Of a DNA stretch of 64,000 nt, positions 26,750 to 34,512 are shown piece by piece (position 1 is the first letter of the stretch; every line of letters starts with the position of its first letter). The position numbers and the translations under genes are program-made. The notes under the pieces were generated by a model. The model was not told where the DNA came from and made no database searches. It saw nothing but the letters and a program-made list of their open reading frames with translations. The DNA comes from Bdellovibrionales bacterium (lineage in GTDB: Bacteria; Bdellovibrionota; Bdellovibrionia; Bdellovibrionales; UBA1609). The stretch covers positions 864,001 to 928,000 of the forward strand of contig OZ241877.1 in NCBI GenBank assembly GCA_965203095.1, written 5' to 3'.

Positions 26750-28552
26750 ATGGCTTATGAAGCATTGGCCCGCAAGTGGCGACCTAAAAATTTTTCTGAA
26801 TTGGCTGGCCAGCCGGCCGTCCGTCAAACTTTAACCAACGGCTTGAGGCAAAACCGCATTTATCCTGTTTTGCTTTTTACAGGTCCCAGGGGAACAGGCA
26901 AAACCTCAACGGCCCGAATTTTAGCTAAAAGCTTAAGATGTCAAAAAAAGAAAGAGTTAAAACCTTGTGATCAGTGTGAGGACTGCCTGTTAATCCAAAA
27001 CAGTCGTCACTTAGATGTGATGGAAATTGACGGTGCCAGCAACAACGGGGTGGAGGCTGTTCGTGAACTGAGGGACACTATCAGCTATATGCCTTCCACT
27101 GGCTCTTGGAAAATTTATATTATAGACGAAGTGCACATGCTATCTCACAGTGCCTTCAATGCCTTACTCAAAACTTTAGAAGAGCCCCCCTCTCATGTTC
27201 TTTTTATTATGGCCACTACGGAGAGCCATAAGATCCCCACCACCGTTTTGTCTCGTGCCCAAAGGTTAGATTTTCATAATTTGTCGCCACAACTCATTAA
27301 AAAGCAATTAGAAAATATAAGCCAAAAAGAAAAGCTGAATGTTCCAGAAGAGGTTTTATGGCTTATCGCCCGCCAGGCCCGTGGATCTTTAAGAGATGCA
27401 CAAAGCCTTTTAGATCACCTGCTCACTTTTTGCGGAGAGGATCTAACAGTTGAAAGTGCCTCCCGGCTTTTAGGCTTAAGTGATCCTCATGTTTTATTCC
27501 AATGTCTTCAAGCCCTAATCCACCAAAAAGAAAAGGCTATGATAGAGCTTATTGAAAGTTTGAGATCTAAAGGGGCAGAGCCTTCACTTTTTTTACAAAG
27601 CTTAATAGAGACTATTGCTAATTGTTTATTTTTAAAAAGAAATCCAGAAAATCGCCCGGAGCTGGCACAGATCTCTAAAGAAGAAATAGAGAGGATAAAA
27701 AAAGAACTGGCCTTTATCAGCTATGAAGATCTCCATTTCCTGTTTGATATGATGTTAAAGGGGCAAAAAGAGCTGGCTTTTTGTCATGACAGCCAGTTGA
27801 CCTTAGAAATTTTGCTTTTGAGATTTTGCCATGCCCCTCGGTTAGAGAGCCTGGCCCCATTAAAGCCCTTATTTGAGCCTGAAGGAAAACCTCTTCTTCC
27901 CAATAAAAAAACCAGCCTAAAGCCTAATAAAAAAACAGATTCTATAGATTCCCGTTTGCAGGAGAAAAACATGTCTTCTTCCTCTCTGGCAAAAAGCCCG
28001 GAGCCTCCTTTAAAAAAGCCCAGCCCAAAGTTCAGCAAAAAAACAGATCTTATGGATTCCCGCGTTCGCGAAAATGACATGCCTTCTCCTCCTCCACCGG
28101 AAGAAAAGTTAAAAACTGCTATTCCCGCAAAGTCTGTCACTCCCGATTCAGACTGGCGTTTTAATTTTTTGGATTTTTTGAAAAAAAAAGACCCGGCCTT
28201 TTCTGCTGTGATGGAAAATTTAATTTTAAAACAAAAATCCCAGCAGTATTTTTCCCTTAGCCTTCCAGAGGGGGCTTTTTCCTATTTGAGCAATAAAATT
28301 AAAGAACCGGCTTTTCTCCGTCTTTTAGAAAATCAGTTGACAAAATTTTTTAATCTCAAAGAGCGAGCACAGGTAGAGGTTCAAAACAATTTAGAAAAAC
28401 ATTTGAGTTTAAAAGCAAAAAAAGAGCTTATAGAAAAAGAGAGCCTGCTTTCTCAAGCTGAAAAAGATCCTTTTGTTCGTGAAGTTAAGGATATTTTTGG
28501 TGGCGAGATCAAACCTGCGGGAAAATCAAATAAAAAGTCGGGAAAGGATTGA
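26750..28552 (+). CDS. dnaX: DNA polymerase III gamma/tau
   Basis: LARKWRP, GPRGTGKTS, EIDGASNNGV, IIDEVHML, NALLKTLEEPP, GSLRDA. Confidence 0.97.
   Translation: MAYEALARKWRPKNFSELAGQPAVRQTLTNGLRQNRIYPVLLFTGPRGTGKTSTARILAKSLRCQKKKELKPCDQCEDCLLIQNSRHLDVMEIDGASNNGVEAVRELRDTISYMPSTGSWKIYIIDEVHMLSHSAFNALLKTLEEPPSHVLFIMATTESHKIPTTVLSRAQRLDFHNLSPQLIKKQLENISQKEKLNVPEEVLWLIARQARGSLRDAQSLLDHLLTFCGEDLTVESASRLLGLSDPHVLFQCLQALIHQKEKAMIELIESLRSKGAEPSLFLQSLIETIANCLFLKRNPENRPELAQISKEEIERIKKELAFISYEDLHFLFDMMLKGQKELAFCHDSQLTLEILLLRFCHAPRLESLAPLKPLFEPEGKPLLPNKKTSLKPNKKTDSIDSRLQEKNMSSSSLAKSPEPPLKKPSPKFSKKTDLMDSRVRENDMPSPPPPEEKLKTAIPAKSVTPDSDWRFNFLDFLKKKDPAFSAVMENLILKQKSQQYFSLSLPEGAFSYLSNKIKEPAFLRLLENQLTKFFNLKERAQVEVQNNLEKHLSLKAKKELIEKESLLSQAEKDPFVREVKDIFGGEIKPAGKSNKKSGKD
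27900..28096 (+). repeat. 108-bp-period duplication inside dnaX, each unit containing a dRS3-like palindrome
   Basis: TAGATTCCCGTTTGCAGGAGAAAAAC (from 27945) and TGGATTCCCGCGTTCGCGAAAATGAC (28053-28078); peptides KKTDSIDSRLQEKNMS / KKTDLMDSRVRENDMP. Confidence 0.75.
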
Positions 28553-28583
28553 CAAAACTCTTTTGGTTTTTTCAAATAAAATA

Positions 28584-29183
28584 ATGAAAGGTTTGCCTTC
28601 TCTTCAATCTTTGCTTTTTGAGTTGGAAAAGCTCCCCGGAGTAGGCCCCCGGAGTGCTCGCCGTCTCACAGAGCATCTTTTAAAAACAGAAGATCAAAAT
28701 GTATTCAAACTTTCTCGTGCCCTTTTGGATTTGAAAACCAAAATCCAAAAATGCACCCAGTGCTTTAACTTCACACAAGAGCAAGCGGTTTGTGCTCTGT
28801 GTGAGGATCCTTCGCGAAACCCCGATTTGCTCTGTGTGGTGGAGCAAGCTTTTGATGTTTTTAGGATAGAGGCTTGCGGGACTTTTAAAGGTCGCTATCA
28901 TGTCCTTCACGGGGCACTCTCCCCACTCCATCAGATTCATCCTAAGGATTTAACCTTGAAGGAGTTAAACTGTCGGATCCAAACTCAGGGGGTTAAAGAG
29001 TTAATACTGGCCATCGACTCCGATTTAGAGGGGGACACAACAGCTCTTTATATTATGAAAAACTTTCAAACTCCAGGTTTAACCATCTCCCGTTTGGCCC
29101 GTGGCATCCCTTTTGGAAGTGATCTATCTTTTGTGGATGACAAAACTTTAGGCCAGGCTCTTGAAAATCGAAACAGCCTTTAA
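28584..29183 (+). CDS. recR: Recombination protein RecR
   Basis: LPGVGPRSARR, C4 zinc finger, LCVVE, GRYHVLHG, EGDTTALY, SRLARGIP. Confidence 0.96.
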   Translation: MKGLPSLQSLLFELEKLPGVGPRSARRLTEHLLKTEDQNVFKLSRALLDLKTKIQKCTQCFNFTQEQAVCALCEDPSRNPDLLCVVEQAFDVFRIEACGTFKGRYHVLHGALSPLHQIHPKDLTLKELNCRIQTQGVKELILAIDSDLEGDTTALYIMKNFQTPGLTISRLARGIPFGSDLSFVDDKTLGQALENRNSL

Positions 29184-29749
29184 TGTCTATTATCAACACT
29201 AATGCTAAAGAAATTCATTGTAAAATTCTGTATTGTGGGCCTCAGCACTCAGGTAAAAAAAGCTCTTTACTTTGCATAAGAGATCAATTTGAAGAGGGAA
29301 AAAGGGATTTTTTTATTCTTCCCTTTCAAAAAGAGATTTATTGCCTTGTCCTTTCAGTAGGGCCTGTTTTTGCTTGCCAGACTTTTTTTCATATTTATAA
29401 CTTGAGCAATGAGTCGAGAAAAGATAACGAAAATCTTTTAAGAGGCTTAGACGGGATTGTTTTTGTCGCGAGTCAAGATCTCAGGGACCGGGAGAAAAAT
29501 ATCCAATCCTTTTCGGAAATGGTGTCAATTTTACAGGCTGAGGGGCGAAACCTCTTTCATACCCCTTTGGTTTTGCAGTATAATAAAAAAGATTTAGCTG
29601 AAACTCAAAGCATTAAAGATTTGAGGATGGATTTGAACCGATACAATAACAAAGATTGTGAAAGCTCCGCCTTAAAGGGCCAAGGGGTTTTAGAGCCTTT
29701 AAAGCATGTGTGCAAAAGGATTTTAAACAATTTAAAGCATGTGAATTAA
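29183..29749 (+). CDS. mglA: MglA-like small GTPase, degenerate
   Basis: MSIINTNAKEIHCKILYCGP, LRGLDGIVFVA, PLVLQYNKKDL, A.KGQGV.E; directly after recR. Confidence 0.82.
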   Translation: MSIINTNAKEIHCKILYCGPQHSGKKSSLLCIRDQFEEGKRDFFILPFQKEIYCLVLSVGPVFACQTFFHIYNLSNESRKDNENLLRGLDGIVFVASQDLRDREKNIQSFSEMVSILQAEGRNLFHTPLVLQYNKKDLAETQSIKDLRMDLNRYNNKDCESSALKGQGVLEPLKHVCKRILNNLKHVN

Positions 29750-29864
29750 TTTATGACTGTATGTAATAGAATATAAGTATTTTCCAGTCTGTAGTTTAGT
29801 TTTCAGGGCAAAGTCCTATATTTATTAGGTAATATAAAGAAGCTGGCCTTAAGCTAAAAAATAT

Positions 29865-29892
29865 TAAAGCTTTTTTGTTAAATTGCCGATAG
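29865..29892 (+). promoter_or_regulatory. sigma28 (FliA)-type promoter
   Basis: TAAA-N16-GCCGATAG, 10 nt upstream of ATG 29903. Confidence 0.7.
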
Positions 29893-29902
29893 GTTAAAAG
29901 CC

Positions 29903-30844
29903 ATGTTCAAAATAAACAATTGGAATCCGATTTTCTGCCTTAGCCTTGTTGTCATTTGGACAGCTTGTGCCCCATTGCCTCCCCCGCCGGGAAGTCAGGC
30001 AAATCAGGTGAATCGGGATGAAAAAGAGTATGACAAAAGGAAAAAGCGGGATAAAGACCGAGATGATGTGCTCAAATCAGCCAGAAAAGGCCCTGTTTGC
30101 AGTGATGAAGAGAATAGGGAGCACAAATGCAAAAAGCAGTGCCGGGACATTTATCCTCGAAGAGGGGATAGGGAGGAATGCTTAGATCTTTCCATAAAAC
30201 AAATTGACCGATTAAGCCAACTGCATGAATTGTTAGAAAAACCCTACAGCGATAAGCTGATAGAGGATATTGACCCCGATGATTTTAATGTTTTTCTCAA
30301 ACTCTCTATTGCTCCTTGGGATAAATTGGTTGAGGATTACAGCTCAAAACAAGCTAAACAGGTTTTTGTTTGGCTTATAAAAAGCCCGGATTCAGCTAAA
30401 ACTTTTGAAAAAGCGGACGATGATCAAAAAACTTTAAATGTCCTTCTCAAAAGGCTCGCCAGTTTTACTGGGAACAATCATCATGAGCCTTTTACAGTCC
30501 GGATAGATCGGAGAGAAAACCTTATGGAACAGGCTGTGAAGTCTAATAAAGCCCTCGCAGAATGGTTTGTGGAGTATATCAACGAGCATAATGGCTATTG
30601 TGACAATAACGATGAATTGAGTTTAAATTGCTTTAAAGTCTACTGCAAAATTGCTAAAAGTATGGATGAGGATAGCCGGTCAACATGGCTGAACATAAAA
30701 AGCTGGACAGCCTACATTGACGACATCATTAAAGAAGGGACTAATGGTGCAAGACGCCCCTCCTCCAGTGAGTGGGATACAGATGAGATTGAAAGCTCTG
30801 ATGATTTGACAGACTGGTATACGGACCTCTGCCCCCCTGTTTAA
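29903..30844 (+). CDS. Cys-rich hypothetical lipoprotein, paralog 1
   Basis: Lipobox WTAC; C-x8-C-x3-C-x2-IY-x-RR-x-D-x3-C pattern shared with the next gene. Confidence 0.8.
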   Translation: MFKINNWNPIFCLSLVVIWTACAPLPPPPGSQANQVNRDEKEYDKRKKRDKDRDDVLKSARKGPVCSDEENREHKCKKQCRDIYPRRGDREECLDLSIKQIDRLSQLHELLEKPYSDKLIEDIDPDDFNVFLKLSIAPWDKLVEDYSSKQAKQVFVWLIKSPDSAKTFEKADDDQKTLNVLLKRLASFTGNNHHEPFTVRIDRRENLMEQAVKSNKALAEWFVEYINEHNGYCDNNDELSLNCFKVYCKIAKSMDEDSRSTWLNIKSWTAYIDDIIKEGTNGARRPSSSEWDTDEIESSDDLTDWYTDLCPPV

Positions 30845-30983
30845 TCATTCCTGTATTTAAGAGAATATAAGTAAATTCAAGGCTATGGTTTATTTTTCAG
30901 TTCAAAAGTCATGGATGGCTTTTTATAGTGAGAAAATAGGCTTAAGCTTATTTTGTGAAATCGGAAGGTTTTTTAAAAAAAAT

Positions 30984-31011
30984 TAAAGTGAACTGTTCTA
31001 CCTGCCGAAAA
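30984..31011 (+). promoter_or_regulatory. sigma28 (FliA)-type promoter
   Basis: TAAA-N16-GCCGAAAA at the position equivalent to 29865-29892. Confidence 0.65.
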
Positions 31012-31039
31012 GATAATTAGCTCAACATTGGGAGGTTTT

Positions 31040-32122
31040 ATGAACTTTTTTAAATTTATGGGCTTAGCCCTACTTTTTACCTTTTTATTGGCTTGTTTTG
31101 GGGGCAATCAAGCACCAAAACAACAAGATACCGGAGAACCTATTCGAGACGATACAGATTATGACAGAATCAGACGCAATGATACCGACCGGAAAGAGGT
31201 TTTAACCCGCTCTAAAACAAGATACACAGGGCGAGCCTGTGAGGATGAAGATCGGGACCACGACTGTAAAGACTCATGCAAAGATATTTACACAAGGCGA
31301 GCTGATAAAAAAGATTGTGAGGAGTTGCCTGTGGATCAAGTGGCCGCCCTGGAAGAATTGCATGATCTTTTAAAAAGACCAAGCGAAAGGGACTTAGGGG
31401 AGGTGGATTTTGAAGACTTTGATGTCTATCTCAATATCTCCATTCAACCTTTAGATAAGCTGATCAGGAAATACAGCAAAACCAGAGCCAAAGCCTTTAT
31501 GTTTTGGTTGATAGAAAACGAGGATGTGGCTCAAGTTTTTGAAAAAGAAGATGATGAGTATAGTGCTCTTAAATCTCTTCTTGATGAAATCTCTTCTGCT
31601 GATTGCGATGCTGATGCTGAAATGTATAAATGCTTCACAGCTAAGGTGGATGGCGGTGATAAACTTATGGAATTAGCCATTGACACCGGAAATGAAGATA
31701 TTATGGAGTGGTTTATGGATTTTATCAATGAAGAACACAGTGGTTGTGAAAGTGATAGCAATGAATCTCAAAAAAAAGCTTGCTTAACAAATTATTGTAA
31801 AATTGGTGCCGGCATAGATGACGAATATCGAGAGGGCTGGCTCGATTTTGAGCATTTTGAAGATTACATTGAAGATGTGATAAGTGAAGGAGTCAACAGT
31901 AATGCCGAAGTCACAAGCGGTGTTATATCAACAGATACCAACGATGGTGCTGATGTAGCCACTTCTAAAAAATGGTGCCGAGGGTCTTTTACCGAAGAAC
32001 AACAACATGAAAGTTGCATGGGTGATACTAATAAAGATAGACAGATTGATGAAGTGGATGACTTAGGGGAAGATTGGACAGATGTTGGTGCAAATAAAGG
32101 AATTTGTGGAGGATTGCTTTAG
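31040..32122 (+). CDS. Cys-rich acidic hypothetical lipoprotein, paralog 2
   Basis: RBS GGAGG before ATG 31040; lipobox LLAC; alignable to 29903-30844 over most of its length. Confidence 0.82.
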   Translation: MNFFKFMGLALLFTFLLACFGGNQAPKQQDTGEPIRDDTDYDRIRRNDTDRKEVLTRSKTRYTGRACEDEDRDHDCKDSCKDIYTRRADKKDCEELPVDQVAALEELHDLLKRPSERDLGEVDFEDFDVYLNISIQPLDKLIRKYSKTRAKAFMFWLIENEDVAQVFEKEDDEYSALKSLLDEISSADCDADAEMYKCFTAKVDGGDKLMELAIDTGNEDIMEWFMDFINEEHSGCESDSNESQKKACLTNYCKIGAGIDDEYREGWLDFEHFEDYIEDVISEGVNSNAEVTSGVISTDTNDGADVATSKKWCRGSFTEEQQHESCMGDTNKDRQIDEVDDLGEDWTDVGANKGICGGLL

Positions 32123-32164
32123 TAGTTTTCATAAACAGATTTCAATCACAAAAAAACTATGATG

Positions 32165-32190
32165 AAGAACCGCTAAAAGCGGTTCTTTTT
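32165..32190 (+). terminator. Intrinsic terminator
   Basis: AAGAACCGC-TAAAA-GCGGTTCTT followed by a T run. Confidence 0.8.
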
Positions 32191-32839
32191 GCATTTTCTA
32201 CTCCCCTCTATACCCCCTCTTTTCTCCCTATAGAGCAAAAATCTAAAGAAAGCCCAGGAGGCTTTCTGGGTGCGGGGGTTTGGGCAAAAAACAAGCCCAT
32301 TTACGAAATAGCAAACATATACACAAAAAAGCTTATATAACTCATAAAAAAAACTTAATTCACTTTTTGTTAAAAAATGACCTGAATTTTGTAAGGTTTT
32401 TTCAGTTTGTTCAAGCCGAATTAAAAAATCTCAGTTCCATATCCAACTCATTATGGGGGAGGAAAACAGCATTTCCCTTTGTCTTTTTTAGCTTAATAGG
32501 CCCATTAGTGGCGAATGAGTAGCAAATAGAAGTTGAATTTAAATCAAAAAATTATAAGCTAAATGACTCATTTAATTTAACAAATCATTAAAGTTTGTTT
32601 TGACAAATTCCCCTGCTAAAAGTAAAAGAGAGGGAATTTTTTGCATAGTGGATTGATTTTTTAGTAATATTTATTTTAAACTTAAATGGAAAGGAGGAAT
32701 GTCTCAGCTATATTGCAAAGCGTCAAAGGCGACAGGGTTAAGGCAGGGCTAAAAGTTCCCGCTTAAACCTGAAACCGCTTTAAAAAGTTTAAAATGCTGG
32801 CTTTGCTTGTTTTAAGAATGCTTGAGAGGGGGATCCATC

Positions 32840-33517
32840 ATGGCTGAACAAATCATTTTGGCCTTTCAAAAAGGTGGCCTTTGGATGTGGGCTATCTTGT
32901 TTTTTCAAGTGCTTTCTTTAGTCATTATAGTGGAACGAGTTTGGTTTCTCTTTTTAAAAAGAAAGTTAGGGCATAAAGCTTACTCTGATACATTTTCCCA
33001 ACAAATTATTCGAGGGGAATTGCCTGCGGTCATTCAAAAAGCTAAGGAGGATATTCAAAAACAGCCATTAGCTTTAGCTATTCAATCGGCCACTCAAACG
33101 GCTTTAGACTGTGGCGGACGGGAGGAAATCCAAGGAAAAATGGAAGAAGCCCTTATGGAGGAGCACAGTGCCTTAGAGCAGAGAACTCATTTTCTCGTCA
33201 TGTTAGGCAATGTGGGCACTTTAACTGGGCTATTAGGAACAATTATGGGAATGATCAAAGCCTTTTCAGCTGTCACTTATGCCAACCCGGCGGAGAAGGC
33301 GAGCCTTCTTTCTTCCGGAGTTTCAGAAGCCATGAACACCACAGCTTATGGCCTGATTATGGCTATCCCTGCCCTGTTTATGTTTGCTGTTTTACAAAAC
33401 AGAGCCAATGCCATTCAAGAAGACATGGCGGAAGGAGCTATAAAATTATTTAATTTATTGAGCTATAACTACCAAACTCTGTGGGAGAAAAAATTAAAGG
33501 TGGCCAAGTCATCTTAA
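32840..33517 (+). CDS. MotA/TolQ/ExbB proton channel (AglR-like)
   Basis: LVIIVER, GLLGTIMGMIKAF, GVSEAMNTTAYGL. Confidence 0.93.
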   Translation: MAEQIILAFQKGGLWMWAILFFQVLSLVIIVERVWFLFLKRKLGHKAYSDTFSQQIIRGELPAVIQKAKEDIQKQPLALAIQSATQTALDCGGREEIQGKMEEALMEEHSALEQRTHFLVMLGNVGTLTGLLGTIMGMIKAFSAVTYANPAEKASLLSSGVSEAMNTTAYGLIMAIPALFMFAVLQNRANAIQEDMAEGAIKLFNLLSYNYQTLWEKKLKVAKSS

Positions 33518-33543
33518 AAAATAAATTTAAATAAGGAGCAATT

Positions 33544-33993
33544 ATGCCCCGCAACTTTAAAAATTTTGACTATCAATTAGATCTCACCCCTTTTATTTCT
33601 CTTTTATCTGTCTGTATATGTTTTTTACTGCTCACTGTGGCTTGGTTTCAAATCGGTTCTCTACCTGTCAAACAAGTCATGGGTGGAGTGGCCGGAGAGG
33701 ATATAAAAGAAGAAGCCTCTTTATGGATCCGCATACAAGGCACTAACAAAATGGAACTGAGTTTAAAAAAAGGCCAAGCCTCTCTTTCAAAAAATATCAC
33801 CCTTTCCGCCACTGAAGAGGGTTTTGACTTCAACTCTCTTAAAAAAAACATTCTGAACTTAAAAAAACAACAATCAAACTTAAACAAGGTTTTTATTTTC
33901 CCACAGGAACAAGCGGTATATGAGGATATTGTAAAAGTAATGGACAGTGCTCGGCAACTGGGCCTTTTTAACATAGGGCTTGCACCCATTTAA
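33544..33993 (+). CDS. ExbD/TolR family protein (AglQ/S-like)
   Basis: LDLTPFISLLSV..FLL TM; YEDIVKVMD. Confidence 0.85.
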   Translation: MPRNFKNFDYQLDLTPFISLLSVCICFLLLTVAWFQIGSLPVKQVMGGVAGEDIKEEASLWIRIQGTNKMELSLKKGQASLSKNITLSATEEGFDFNSLKKNILNLKKQQSNLNKVFIFPQEQAVYEDIVKVMDSARQLGLFNIGLAPI

Positions 33994-34018
33994 AAGGCTG
34001 GCACAAAAGGATGGTGAA

Positions 34019-34501
34019 ATGTTTTTTCAATCAAATTCTGTTTTTCAAAGTCGGATTTTCCAAAGTTCTCTTTCGCAAAAAGGGAAACCAGCTAAAAAGA
34101 AAAAGGTTTTAGCAACACTTATGCTGACTTCTCTAATTGATGCCTTTTCCATTTTAGTTGTTTATCTTTTAATGTTTTTTTCAGACACGGGGGAGATGGC
34201 CTATCTCAGTTCAGATATAGATCTGCCCAAAGCCAATGTTATTGAAAGGCTGGATCGCCGTTCTATTGTTCAAATAAAAAAAGATGGCTATTTTGTAGAA
34301 GATCGTAAGCTTTCTGCCGAAGAGCTTGTGCCTTACCTTATCCGTTTAAAAAAGAGGCTCAGCCGATCCTCAAGTGATGAAGGGGAGGCCATCACTGTTC
34401 AAGCCGATAAATCGGTCCGATACAAGCAGTTGAGCAAAGTGGTTCAAGCTTTAGGCCACGTCGGGTTTAGCCATATTCAATTTGCAGTTTTAAGTGAGTA
34501 A
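34019..34501 (+). CDS. Second ExbD/TolR family protein (AglQ/S-like)
   Basis: LTSLIDAFSILVVYLL TM with Asp; VQADKSVRY. Confidence 0.85.
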   Translation: MFFQSNSVFQSRIFQSSLSQKGKPAKKKKVLATLMLTSLIDAFSILVVYLLMFFSDTGEMAYLSSDIDLPKANVIERLDRRSIVQIKKDGYFVEDRKLSAEELVPYLIRLKKRLSRSSSDEGEAITVQADKSVRYKQLSKVVQALGHVGFSHIQFAVLSE

Positions 34502-34512
34502 AAGGGGTTAAT

